Below, one piece after another: positions 1-9,603 of a stretch of 64,000 nucleotides of DNA (its first letter is position 1; every line of letters begins with the position of its first letter). Source of the DNA: an uncultured Syntrophobacteraceae bacterium (GTDB taxonomy: Bacteria; Desulfobacterota; Syntrophobacteria; Syntrophobacterales; Syntrophobacteraceae); NCBI GenBank assembly GCA_964441945.1, contig CAYTWB010000002.1, positions 51,213-115,212 of the forward strand, given 5' to 3'. A model generated the notes under the pieces. It ran no database searches. It was not told the DNA's origin and saw only the letters and a program-made list of their open reading frames with translations. The translations under genes and the position numbers were made by a program.

Positions 1-735
1 ATGATGCAGCTGCTTGCCCTGACCGCCATGGAGGCGCCTCCGCGCTTTGAAACCGAATGGGTTCGGGACGAAAAGGCCAAGGTATTCAAGGCGCTGCGCC
101 CCTTTCCCGTGGACAGCATCTACGACCATCTGGTTTCCGGGCAGTACGGGCCGGGGGTGAACAACGGCAAAAGGCTTCCAGGGTATCGGGAAGAACCCGG
201 GGTTCGGCCGGATTCCCTGACTCCGACCTTTGCCTCGATGCGAGTCTTTGTCGACAACTGGCGCTGGCAGGGTGTCCCCTTCTTGCTGACTTCGGGAAAA
301 AGGCTTGCCGAGAAGCTTTCGGAAATCACCATCCGGTTCCGGGAAGTGCCCCATTCCATCTTCCGGAACGTTTTTGGAGAAGAGATCAGCGAGAACCGGC
401 TCACCCTGGGCATCCATCCCGAGGAGAAGATCAGCTTGGTTTTTCAGACGAAGAACCCCGGCGCCATGCTGAGGCTGCGACCGGTCACCATGGATTTCCG
501 TTATCGCCAGAGCTACACTGGTCCGGCGCTCGATGCCTACGAAAAAGTCCTGATCGATACCATCCGCGGGGACCAGATGCTCTTCTTGAGGCAGGATGCG
601 GTGGAGCTGAGCTGGGCGTTTCTTTCACCCATCCTGGAGAAGTGCGAATCATGCGGCAGCCGGGGGCAAATGCTGTTTCCTTACCAGGCGGGCAGTTGGG
701 GGCCGCAGACCGCGCTGGAATTGCAGAGGTCCTGA
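1..735 (+). CDS. zwf: Glucose-6-phosphate dehydrogenase, C-terminal part (5' end lies outside the window)
   Basis: The ORF is open from base 1 with stop TGA at 733-735. The translation (LLALTAMEAPPRF...VRDEKAKVFKAL...YGPG...RPDS.TPTFA...DNWRWQGVPFLL.SGKRL) matches the conserved G6PD C-terminal domain. It is followed by pgl, as in many zwf-pgl operons. Confidence 0.9.
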   Translation: MMQLLALTAMEAPPRFETEWVRDEKAKVFKALRPFPVDSIYDHLVSGQYGPGVNNGKRLPGYREEPGVRPDSLTPTFASMRVFVDNWRWQGVPFLLTSGKRLAEKLSEITIRFREVPHSIFRNVFGEEISENRLTLGIHPEEKISLVFQTKNPGAMLRLRPVTMDFRYRQSYTGPALDAYEKVLIDTIRGDQMLFLRQDAVELSWAFLSPILEKCESCGSRGQMLFPYQAGSWGPQTALELQRS

Positions 736-771
736 GCCGCCGGCGAATACGAGGCAAAACGAGGTTGTGCC

Positions 772-1503
772 ATGCCGAAAACGGAGGTGATCGTCGTCGC
801 GGATGCCGATGAACTGGCGGCCAGGGCGGCTGGAGTATTCATGTCCGCCGCGAGTGCCCATGTAGAACAAAAGAGGCGTTTTGTGGTCGCACTCTCGGGA
901 GGCTCCACGCCGCGAGGAATGTATCGACTGCTCGCTGCTTCCCCGGCTCTGAGCGAAGTCCCCTGGGAGCGTACCCATCTCTTCTGGGCCGATGAACGCT
1001 GTGTTCCTGCAAATCACCCGGAAAGCAACTTCGGTGCAGCCTGGAGAGATTTCCTGCATGTTCTCCCCCTTCCGCACGAGAACATCCATTGTATCAGAGG
1101 GGACTTTCCTCCGGAAGAGGCGGCTGAAGCGTACGAACTGGAGCTGAGGCGCTTCTTTCAGCTTGGTGAAGGCGAATTCCCCATATTTGATCTGGTCTTC
1201 CTTGGGGTGGGAAAAGACGGACACACGGCTTCGCTTTTCCCCGATGCCGGCGCGGCGCCTGACGAGAGCAGACTGGCAATGGCCGTCAAAGGGGGCACAC
1301 CCAACATTGGCCGGGTCACTTTGACCTACCCGGTCCTCAATCGGGCACGACAAATTGTCTTCCTGGTGGCCGGGAGGGAAAAGGCAGAAGTGGTCAAAGC
1401 CTTGCTGGAAGGCACCCGCCCCGAATTGCCGGCAGCGCGGATCAACCCCTTGAACGGGGAAGTGATCTGGCTCCTGGGTCCCGGAAGCGGCTGCCTTGCT
1501 TGA
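772..1503 (+). CDS. pgl: 6-phosphogluconolactonase
   Basis: ATG start at 772. The translation carries the lactonase/glucosamine-6-P isomerase family signatures: ALSGGSTPRGMY, HLFWADERCVP, LGVGKDGHTASLFP. Confidence 0.9.
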   Translation: MPKTEVIVVADADELAARAAGVFMSAASAHVEQKRRFVVALSGGSTPRGMYRLLAASPALSEVPWERTHLFWADERCVPANHPESNFGAAWRDFLHVLPLPHENIHCIRGDFPPEEAAEAYELELRRFFQLGEGEFPIFDLVFLGVGKDGHTASLFPDAGAAPDESRLAMAVKGGTPNIGRVTLTYPVLNRARQIVFLVAGREKAEVVKALLEGTRPELPAARINPLNGEVIWLLGPGSGCLA

Positions 1504-1662
1504 AACGGTCTAAGCGGCTGTTGTTTCACCGCGAGATCGTATTCGATCACATCGCTCATGTATCCGTACACGTCCTCGACCTGGATTTCGAGGCTGTTTT
1601 TGAAGGCTCACTGTGGAATGAGTCTCAATTCCTTCCGGTCTTTTCGTCAGGCATGCTGCCAT

Positions 1663-2300
1663 TCAGCGTGCCGCTTTGTGGCCGAAGGGAATACCGAGCT
1701 TCTTCAATCTTGCTCTGAGGGTGTTGTGCTGCACGCCGAGGATTTCCGCGGCACCGCCCCTGCCTTCGATCCTCCCTTTGGTGACATCGAGGACATGCCG
1801 GATGTGTTCCCCCACCACTTGATCCAGGGTCGGGAGGGGCCCGGCTTGGTGTGTGGGCATTGGCCGTGATTCCGTCAACGAGAAAACCCCGAGCTCCGGA
1901 AACTCCAGCGGCTCCCCGCGATGAAGGATGAGGGCCCGTTCGATCACGTTCTGCAGTTCCCGGACATTCCCCGGCCAATCGTAAGCCAGCAGCTGATCCA
2001 TGGCCCCTGGCCGCAGAGAGGGGACCGCGGGAAGGTTCATCTCCCTGGCCTTGACCTTCAGGAAGTGATCGGTCAGCGCCGGGATGTCCTGTCGATGGTC
2101 GCGCAACGGCGGGATGACAACAGGGAAGACGTGAAGACGGTACCACAGGTCTTCACGGAAGCGACCATCACGGACCATCAGTTCCAAATCCCGGTGTGTG
2201 GCTGCGATGATCCTGACGTCTACCGGCACCGGCCTGCTCCCGCCCACCCGTTCGATTTCCATGTGCTGGAGCACCCGCAGAAACCCTTGTGGGGCCAGTA
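1663..2300 (-). pseudogene. Remnant of a sigma-54-dependent (NtrC-family) transcriptional activator, C-terminal ~205 aa only
   Basis: The translation starts abruptly at the FLRVLQ..IERVGG....VDVRIIAATHRDL motif. It continues through the WPGNVRELQNVIERA sensor-II region and a C-terminal Fis-type HTH (LGVQHNTLRARLKKLGI). The receiver domain, Walker A, Walker B and GAFTGA loop are absent. Upstream of ~2300 the same reading frame is only the antisense of the NHL gene. Confidence 0.75.
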
Positions 2301-3456
2301 CGGCAGCGGTAAGGGCGAATTGAGCGGCCCAAGCGGCCTGGCGGTGGACGAGCTCGGCCATATCTATGTCGCGGAAGACGGCAACCACCGCATCCAGAAA
2401 TTCGATTCGAACGGCAACTTCATCGGCATGTGGGGTCGTGAGGGGTCCGGCCGGGGGAAGTTCTACTTTCCCGAGGACGTGGCCGTGAACGCTGAAGGTT
2501 TTGTCTATGTGGCGGATACCAACAACAATCGTATCCAAAAATTCAAGTCGACCGGCAGGTTTGTCGACTCCTGGGGCCAAAACAGCAAGAAGGGATATTT
2601 CAACGAACCGTGCGGCATTGCGGTGGACGCCAACGGCCTTGTGATTGTTGCGGATACGGGCAACCACCGTATTCAGCTGTTCGAGTCCAAGAAAGGCAAG
2701 TTTCTTGCCGTATTTGGCTCCAAGGGCGTTTCCGAGGGAAGGTTCCAATATCCCCGCGGCGTTGCGGTGACCAAGAAAGGCTTTCTCTATGTGGCGGACA
2801 CCGAGAACAACCGCATTCAGAAATTTGATTCGTCCGGCACTTTCCTCACCCAGTGGGGCAAAGCCGGCGCCGGCCCTGGGAACTTCTGTTTACCTTACGG
2901 TGTTGCGGTAGATGCGCAGGGCTTTGTCTATGTGGCGGACACCTACAACCACCGCGTCCAGAAATTCAGCTCGTCCGGCGCCTTCATTATCCAGTGGGGT
3001 GAAGAAGGCACGGACCAGGGACAGTTTTTCTCACCAATGGGTATTGCCGTGGACGCGGGCGGGAATGTCTATGTGGCGGATTCCGGCAACCACCGCATCC
3101 AGAAATTCAATTCGTCCGGCGCCTTCATCGCCATGTGGGGTGAATGGGGGTCGAGTCAGGGCCGATTCAAGGTCCCGGCCGGCATAGCCGTGGACGAGGA
3201 AGGCTTCGTTTTCGTGGCGGACAGTGACAACTACCGCATCCAAAAATTCGATGCATCCGGAACGTTTATCACCACATGGGGCGAAGAGGGTGCAACCGCC
3301 GGTTATTTTGCTATTCCTCAAGGCGTGGCGGTGGATGCGAGGGGCAAGGTCTATGTCGCGGACAGCGGCAATGACCGCAGCCAGAAGTTTCGCCCCGCAC
3401 CCCAAACAGACGTGGCTGACGACCCGTCAAGTCCCGCTCCGCAAGAGGGGGACTGA
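2263..3456 (+). CDS. NHL-repeat (six-bladed beta-propeller type) protein with eight repeats; start uncertain and probably 5'-truncated
   Basis: Eight units of ~47 aa end in the motif [GN]N[HN]R[IV]QKF.S.G, with G.G.F..P.G[IV]AVD..G.VYVAD. NHL homology begins at ~2284-2290. The track ORF starts at 1921, but residues 1-120 are the antisense of the sigma-54 fragment. The first in-frame start near the repeats is GTG 2263. No signal peptide is present. Confidence 0.7.
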   Translation: MLEHPQKPLWGQYGSGKGELSGPSGLAVDELGHIYVAEDGNHRIQKFDSNGNFIGMWGREGSGRGKFYFPEDVAVNAEGFVYVADTNNNRIQKFKSTGRFVDSWGQNSKKGYFNEPCGIAVDANGLVIVADTGNHRIQLFESKKGKFLAVFGSKGVSEGRFQYPRGVAVTKKGFLYVADTENNRIQKFDSSGTFLTQWGKAGAGPGNFCLPYGVAVDAQGFVYVADTYNHRVQKFSSSGAFIIQWGEEGTDQGQFFSPMGIAVDAGGNVYVADSGNHRIQKFNSSGAFIAMWGEWGSSQGRFKVPAGIAVDEEGFVFVADSDNYRIQKFDASGTFITTWGEEGATAGYFAIPQGVAVDARGKVYVADSGNDRSQKFRPAPQTDVADDPSSPAPQEGD

Positions 3457-3957
3457 GGAGCAGAATGGAGGACCAAGGAGGTCGCCGGTCAAGCGCGGCA
3501 AGGGTTGGCAGGAACATGAGCAGTTGACAGCGGGCAACCGATATGTTAGCCGGAAACCGTAAGGAGTATTGTCTCAACCTGTGTGGCCGGCCCTCAGCTG
3601 TTGGCGGTAGATTGATCCACATATCGCCGGGTTGCTTCCAAAAAGGAACCCCCTGTGCAATCTCTGCTCCCGTATCTTGAAAGTCCCGGTCTGGGGACCT
3701 TCCTGGATGTCCGGCTTTTCAGCCGGGACCCTGATTCCCTTGACCGGAGCGATTTCCCGTTTTGTATGGTGAGAGATTCTCATTCTCTAACCCGGGCCGT
3801 CAGTGCCGGGTTGGTGAGCGATGCCGCATTCCCGTTGAAGGATGTTCTCCTCCTCCTTCAAAAGGATGGCTGCACGCCGGCCTGCGCCTATGCGCGTTAA
3901 TTTAAGTGGATTCGAGTGTACTTTCGAATACATAGGATCCCGGCTGCCAACACGCAC

Positions 3958-4040
3958 CGTCACCCCGGCAGGCATTTAGCCGGGGTCCAGAAGACTCTCA
4001 AGACCCTCGATTCCGGCCAACATGCCGGAATGACGTTTGG
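3958..4040. repeat. Partial copy (central hairpin part) of MITE family 1
   Basis: gtcaccccggc...ccggggtccaga...gattccggc.a.catgccggaatgacgtt aligns with the central region of the full copies at 51096-51225 (same orientation) and 31747-31880 (inverted). Confidence 0.7.
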
Positions 4041-4348
4041 GTAACTTCCCGGTTATGTAACCAGTTGGTACCATACGGAATATCCTTAAGTTGACGCGTA
4101 TGGGCCTGCGCCGGCCTTCGGCCCCCGAACAAACTGGACAGTCGGGCATAAGAAAACAGCTCAAGTCCATAGTCCAATGAGGTTTTCATGGGTGGAGTAC
4201 CGTTATCGATCTTTGTGGCCGTGTATTTGGAGGTCCTGTCGTCCGAGGTCTTTTGGGGATCCCTCTGGCCTGTCTGACGCAGAAAGATAGAGGGTGTTTA
4301 GTGGCAGGTCCTTATGGTGGCTGTAAATGCATGGAGGATTCTACTCTG

Positions 4349-5659
4349 ATGAAGCGAACAATGGCTGTTTTGATCTTGATGCTTTTGCTGTTCGGTTTGT
4401 CGGCCAATGTGTCGGCGCGAGAAAATGCTGCGGAACGGGGCACCGCAGATCTACCCCGAATTCGGCCTTATCAGATTCTCTTCAATTCGGGAGGCTCTAT
4501 TGCCATTACCATGTATGATGCGTGCTCACAAACTCCTATTGTTGTGCCGGAGTACAATTATGACACCACATTGAACAACCCCGCTGCCTATGTTCGCGGA
4601 AGTGGGCCTCTTACCATCCGAGTGAAATGGCGCGTTGAATCGGGAGAAACATCCGAGGCCACTGTATGGGCCACGGGGACCTTCGGTGGGTTTGCCCCTA
4701 CCGTGGTCACTTTTTCCGGCGATGAATCCGACTGGATTTCAATGACGACTCAGCAGGCTTTGCCCGATGTCATAAACACCAGCAACGTGTCATGGGAATG
4801 GAAGTTCAAGATCGGGTCATCGGAGGAGATGGTCATCGGGCAGACAGATCATGTCATCTATACGGTGCACAGAAAACCATCTTCTTCTCCGGTCTATCTT
4901 GATCTGGTCAAATGGACGACGGATTGGTGTAAGGGTCTTCCCGCGCCGTATGATGACAAAGCCATTGCCGACGAGGTCCTGAACGGCTTCGCATCAAGCG
5001 GTGTGATTCGTTATGGAATTCCAGGATGGACCACACCGGACATCTTGTGCAAGAAGGGCGGGATGTGTGGAGGGATGATGGAAGTCTTTTATGATGCCTG
5101 TGGTACACAGGGCGTCCACGTTGCCCGCAGTTGTTATATTTTAAAAAATGCTGCTCCCAAACCTGAGTATAAATGGCGCAGCATGATCATTTTTTCGCCC
5201 GGTATCGGCAATCAGGAACCAACTCGCCCTGAACAGGGGATACGGGAGGTTGATAACAAATATCCTTGTCCGAAATACCTGGGAGATTCAGCAACAGACG
5301 ATGACATCGAATACCAGGTCGAAAAGGCCTACGAGTTTTTTGCACCAGACGACGGGCATTGCATCAATTTCCTGACATACGAAGGAAAGATTTATTTGTA
5401 TGACCTCTCTTTCGGAACGGGGCCATGGCCGGACACCTTCTCCAGACTTCCTGATGGAATGATGAAAGGCAAAAAACTGAAGCCGTTCAGAATGAACTAC
5501 ATGGACGAAGCCATAGATTACATGCGCGGGGAGATAGAGTACAAGACTGATAAATCCCGTTGTTCCTTCCATAAGAAAGGTCCACTCCTTGATGTGAAAT
5601 CTACAATAATCCCTTACAGTAATGACGAGTTTGCTTATAAATGGTACACTATCCCGTAG
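4349..5659 (+). CDS. Secreted hypothetical protein with a transglutaminase-like/papain-like Cys-His-Asp arrangement
   Basis: ATG 4349 gives MKRTMAVLILMLLLFGLSANVSA|RE, a classic Sec signal. The motif KKGGMCGGMMEVFYDACGTQGVHVAR (Cys codon 5066-5068) resembles the transglutaminase-core G.C..FA......R..GIPAR. It is followed by DGHCINF (His 5357-5359) and LYD (Asp 5402-5404). The region is visibly AT-richer than its flanks. Confidence 0.75.
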   Translation: MKRTMAVLILMLLLFGLSANVSARENAAERGTADLPRIRPYQILFNSGGSIAITMYDACSQTPIVVPEYNYDTTLNNPAAYVRGSGPLTIRVKWRVESGETSEATVWATGTFGGFAPTVVTFSGDESDWISMTTQQALPDVINTSNVSWEWKFKIGSSEEMVIGQTDHVIYTVHRKPSSSPVYLDLVKWTTDWCKGLPAPYDDKAIADEVLNGFASSGVIRYGIPGWTTPDILCKKGGMCGGMMEVFYDACGTQGVHVARSCYILKNAAPKPEYKWRSMIIFSPGIGNQEPTRPEQGIREVDNKYPCPKYLGDSATDDDIEYQVEKAYEFFAPDDGHCINFLTYEGKIYLYDLSFGTGPWPDTFSRLPDGMMKGKKLKPFRMNYMDEAIDYMRGEIEYKTDKSRCSFHKKGPLLDVKSTIIPYSNDEFAYKWYTIP

Positions 5660-5707
5660 CTGTTAAAGCTATAGTTATCATTTATTAATCATATAAAGGA
5701 GCCATGT

Positions 5708-6175
5708 ATGTTAAAAAATATGCTATTCATAGTGATGACAATATCATCCATGTTAGTTTATGGACATGCAGTTGTCCATGGCTCTCCTGAAAACGCTGCA
5801 AATCCGCCCCCGGCCCTGGAGAGAATTGCGATCATGATCGAAGATAAGACGCTGACCGTTGACTGGGTTTCCGTCCAAGAAGCTATCCAGGAGATAGGGA
5901 TGCCGGAAACACCGCCTGGAATCTCCGAAGAATCGCGTACAAAAGAACTATTGGGTCAAATACTGTTGCGCGATGCCCCCCTGAAGGTCTCGTCGGATGC
6001 CCGGCTGCCCGGTGTCATGCCCCCTTTGGAGATGCTGAAATGTGCAGCCATTGACGCACTGGTGCGATTAGATGCCAGGGAATACGTGATCGAGATTCAA
6101 AAAGTCTATGAAAGCACCCGGTATGCAATACTAAAAGAGAAGGCAAGGAGAGCAATCGACTCTCTGCAACAATAA
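5708..6175 (+). CDS. Small secreted helical (HEAT-like) hypothetical protein
   Basis: The protein starts MLKNMLFIVMTISSMLVYGHAVVHG, which has the form of a signal peptide. The rest is predicted helical (…LKCAAIDALVRLDAREYVIEIQKVYES…). It lies 49 nt after the preceding gene and shares the same AT-rich composition. An AAGGAG-like SD (aaaggagcc) sits upstream. Confidence 0.65.
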   Translation: MLKNMLFIVMTISSMLVYGHAVVHGSPENAANPPPALERIAIMIEDKTLTVDWVSVQEAIQEIGMPETPPGISEESRTKELLGQILLRDAPLKVSSDARLPGVMPPLEMLKCAAIDALVRLDAREYVIEIQKVYESTRYAILKEKARRAIDSLQQ

Positions 6176-6187
6176 TCCGGGATGCAG

Positions 6188-6619
6188 TCAATGGTCCTGT
6201 GGAACCTCGGAAAAGAACCGGTCAGCACTGATCAGCCGGAAGGCTCGGACATCCGCCACAACCCCCATACCGGCTTTCTCCGGCATGACGTATGCGGGTA
6301 TTTTCAGACGGTTTTTCAGAGAGGGCATCATTTCCCTCGGATAATCACCACACTCGAAAAAGGTCCCGTTGAGGGAGCAGACCTTCCTACACCGCTCAAT
6401 AGTGTGGAATGCACGGTGCTTTCCGACCCGGCAGTGTGGACGAAAATGGTAGCCTGGGTACATACCCCGCCTAAAGAGCCGGCACTCGAATATCGCCTGG
6501 ATGCCTGCGGAAGCTTTCACATCGGGCGATGGTTCGAAAGCGGTCCCGGCAAGGGTTTGTGAGGTGGTTGCATGTTCGGTTGTGGGCGGAAACACTCCCT
6601 TCGGTCGGGTCCCGCTCAT
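6188..6619 (-). CDS. Hypothetical protein; coding strand unresolved
   Basis: This is the longest ORF in the interval (track 6188..6685). ATG 6619 is preceded by gggagcggg. A codon-aligned antisense ORF (6182..6562, +) is about equally plausible: my hand count gives GC3 of 62% versus 59.5%. No family was recognised for either translation. Confidence 0.3.
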   Translation of the reverse strand: MSGTRPKGVFPPTTEHATTSQTLAGTAFEPSPDVKASAGIQAIFECRLFRRGMYPGYHFRPHCRVGKHRAFHTIERCRKVCSLNGTFFECGDYPREMMPSLKNRLKIPAYVMPEKAGMGVVADVRAFRLISADRFFSEVPQDH

Positions 6620-6999
6620 CCCGCTCCCGTTAGCCCCTCCAGACCATCGTTGACATGACATCCACGTCCTTGACCAGATTCGCATTGTTTATCGCAATCG
6701 CCTTGTACGCAGACCTGGGAGACTCGCTCCATCTACGCTTGCGCATGCTTTGGCAATTTTGCAGGAGATGTTCACACCATAGCCATGGGCTAACGAAAGC
6801 ATCAACTGGACGGCGCAACCACGTGTTCTTGCGGAAATTGGTCCCGCGAAATAAAACTCGGTGCCCGTTTGGCGCCGCCGGTTGTGCTTGGTGTTATGCG
6901 GTCCAGTTGTTGCCGGCCGGTTGTGGAAACAGGCGTGAGCGGCTGGGATGAGCAGTGCCGACGTCAGAACCATCTCTACGGAGTTGTGAGACTCATGCT

Positions 7000-7356
7000 A
7001 TGAGCATCCTGACCATTCTGATCGGCCTAATCCTCCTTTGCCTGGTGGGCGTGTGGGCGTGTCTCAGCACGCGAACTTTGCGAAACAGGGCAGCCTTCAG
7101 TTACGCGTTCGGTGTGGCGGCGGTCGTTTTGACCTCCCTGCCGCTCAGCGTCTTTGTCACGTGGTCCATTTCGCCCTTCTGGAACTGGGTGGGCGGCGTG
7201 GCGGGTGTCAGGCTCGTCAGCCACGCGGGGCCGGCGCTGGGGTGCTATGTGGCAGTACTCGCAGTGTGCGAAGTATTGCTGGGCAGTGTTGGCGTGCTCC
7301 TCATGCGGCTCGGCCTGAAGCGAGGCGCCCCGGGCGGAAGCGATGAGGCCGGATAA
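7000..7356 (+). CDS. Small hydrophobic membrane protein (3-4 predicted TM helices)
   Basis: ATG 7000 gives MSILTILIGLILLCLVGVWACL…, followed by further hydrophobic segments (FGVAAVVLTSLPLSVFV, GCYVAVLAVCEVLLGSVGVLLM). No family was recognised. Confidence 0.5.
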   Translation: MSILTILIGLILLCLVGVWACLSTRTLRNRAAFSYAFGVAAVVLTSLPLSVFVTWSISPFWNWVGGVAGVRLVSHAGPALGCYVAVLAVCEVLLGSVGVLLMRLGLKRGAPGGSDEAG

Positions 7357-7602
7357 CCAAGGCCTGGAGGCGATGCGGAACCATGTGGGAGGTGTGTTTA
7401 CGAAGTTTCCGGGCGGGGGTGGAAACCATCACTGCGCTGGATGCTATGGGTGCCATTGCAAACAAGGGCCTTCTTCGAACAGGGATGTTGTACCTGTGAT
7501 GCCTGGCACAGCGGTCCGAAGGCCCGGTGGACTGCTTTGGAGCCGGGACGCAGGCCGGAGGAAGATTGACGGTGCGGTTCCCGCTCGGCCTTGGTGCGGT
7601 TT

Positions 7603-9546
7603 CTATTCTGCGGCTACCGCCCGGCGATGCTCGATGAGGTTCTCGACCACAGCAGGTTCAGCAAGCGTACTGGTGTCGCCCAGTTCGGAAATCTGATTGG
7701 CGGCGATTCTACGGAGAATCCGCCGCATGATTTTTCCCGATCGAGTCTTGGGTAAACCGGGTGACCACTGGATAAAGTCGGGTGAAGCGATCGGCCCGAT
7801 TTCCTTTCTTACCCACTGGATGAGCTCTTGCCGCAATTCGTTTGAAGGGTGTCGATCGGCTTTCAGAGTCACGTAGGCATAGATGCCCTGGCCCTTGAGG
7901 TCATGCGGAAATCCGACCACAGCCGCTTCCGCGATGGCGGGGTGAGCAACCAGAGCGCTTTCGACCTCCGCTGTTCCCAGGCGATGCCCCGAGACATTGA
8001 TGACATCGTCGACACGACCCGTGATCCAGTAGTAACCATCCTCATCCCGGCGAGCTCCGTCACCGGTAAAGTAGACCCCCTTGTGAACACCAAAGTAGGT
8101 CTCTTTGAATCGTTCATGATCGCCGTACACGGTTCGCAGCATTCCAGGCCAGGGATCGGTAATCACCAGATTACCCTTTCCGGGCCCGTCGATCCGGTTG
8201 CCTTCCGGATCAATAATGGCCGGCTTCAGGCCGAAGTACGGCAAGGTGGCGGACCCCGGCTTGAGTGCTGTCGCTCCCGGAAGCGGGGTGATCAGGATGC
8301 CACCCGATTCCGTCTGCCACCAGGTATCGACAATGGGACAACGTTTCTCCCCGACGACATCGTAGTACCAGAGCCAAACTTGCGGGTTGATGGGTTCCCC
8401 GACCGTACCGAGAAGCCGCAATGACTTCCGGGAGGTCTTCTTCACGAGCTCGTCGCCCTGACGCATCAGTGCTCGAATGGCTGTCGGGGCGGTATAGAAG
8501 ATACTGACCTTGTGTTTGTCAACCACTCTCCAAAAACGAGACCAATCGGGGTGATTGGGCACTCCCTCGAACATAACGGTTGTTGCACCATTGGCCAGGG
8601 GGCCGTAGACAATGTAGCTGTGCCCCGTTACCCAGCCGATGTCTGCGGTGCACCAGTAGATGTCCCCGTCATGATAGTCGAAAACGTGCTGATGCGTCAG
8701 CGAGGTGTAAGCCAGATAGCCTCCGGTGGTATGGAGCACGCCCTTGGGCTTCCCTGTAGAGCCGGAGGTATAAAGGATGAAGAGCGGGTCCTCGGCATCC
8801 ATCTCCTCGGGCGGGCAGACAGGGGAAGCTTCCCGCATGAGCCTGCCCCACTCCATATCGCGTCCGGGTATCCAGGGGATTTGAGCACCGGTGTGCTTCA
8901 CCACAATCACCTTCTCAACAACGGAGCATTTCCGGACAGCTTCATCGGTGTTGATTTTCAAGGGGATAGTCTTGCCACCGCGCAGCCCTTCATCTGCGGT
9001 GATGACCACCCGGCCCCGGCAGTCCTGGATACGTCCCGCCAGAGACTCGGGTGAGAAACCGCCAAATACGACCGAGTGAACAACGCCGATGCGTGTGCAG
9101 GCGAGCATGGCGACCACAAGCTCCGGGACCATCGGCAGATAGATGGTGACCCGGTCACCCCGTCGAAGTCCCATCGACTTCAGCACATTGGCAAACCGGC
9201 ACACCTCTTCATGCAGCCGGCGATAGGTGATGCTTTGGCTTTCGGCGGGATCATCCCCTTCCCAAATGATGGCAATCCGATCTCCTCGATCGGCAAGGTG
9301 ACGATCCAGGCAGTTGTAGCTGACATTCAGTTTACCGTCGATGAACCACTTGATGCGAATGTCATCCTCGAATGACCCCGCTTTTACTTTGGTCCAGGGT
9401 TTGAACCAGTCGAGGCGTTTGGCCTGTTCTCCCCAGAACCCTTCGGGATCTTTGATTGAATGCTCATACATCTGCTGGTAGGTCTCGCTGTTCACCCAGG
9501 CTGACTTCGCCCAGGATTCCGGGACAGGAATCAGTTGGTCCGCCAT
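7603..9546 (-). CDS. acs: Acetyl-CoA synthetase (acetate--CoA ligase, AMP-forming)
   Basis: 647 aa, colinear with Acs over its full length: [14 protein letters not shown]-binding motif, WWQTETGG-like WWQTESGG, and C-terminal [21 protein letters not shown] sits 7 nt upstream of ATG 9546. Confidence 0.97.
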   Translation of the reverse strand: MADQLIPVPESWAKSAWVNSETYQQMYEHSIKDPEGFWGEQAKRLDWFKPWTKVKAGSFEDDIRIKWFIDGKLNVSYNCLDRHLADRGDRIAIIWEGDDPAESQSITYRRLHEEVCRFANVLKSMGLRRGDRVTIYLPMVPELVVAMLACTRIGVVHSVVFGGFSPESLAGRIQDCRGRVVITADEGLRGGKTIPLKINTDEAVRKCSVVEKVIVVKHTGAQIPWIPGRDMEWGRLMREASPVCPPEEMDAEDPLFILYTSGSTGKPKGVLHTTGGYLAYTSLTHQHVFDYHDGDIYWCTADIGWVTGHSYIVYGPLANGATTVMFEGVPNHPDWSRFWRVVDKHKVSIFYTAPTAIRALMRQGDELVKKTSRKSLRLLGTVGEPINPQVWLWYYDVVGEKRCPIVDTWWQTESGGILITPLPGATALKPGSATLPYFGLKPAIIDPEGNRIDGPGKGNLVITDPWPGMLRTVYGDHERFKETYFGVHKGVYFTGDGARRDEDGYYWITGRVDDVINVSGHRLGTAEVESALVAHPAIAEAAVVGFPHDLKGQGIYAYVTLKADRHPSNELRQELIQWVRKEIGPIASPDFIQWSPGLPKTRSGKIMRRILRRIAANQISELGDTSTLAEPAVVENLIEHRRAVAAE

Positions 9547-9603
9547 AGCATTCTCCTCGGTTATCTCCTATCTCTTTCTTCCAGCATTCCCGGCAGGATG
9601 GGT

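Noticed and set aside
1921-2262. N-terminal 114 codons of the track ORF 1921..3456
   Set aside because: This part is exactly the antisense of the conserved sigma-54 activator fragment and shows no NHL or signal-peptide features. I treated it as non-coding for the NHL gene, although ATG 1921 cannot be formally excluded as the start that is used.
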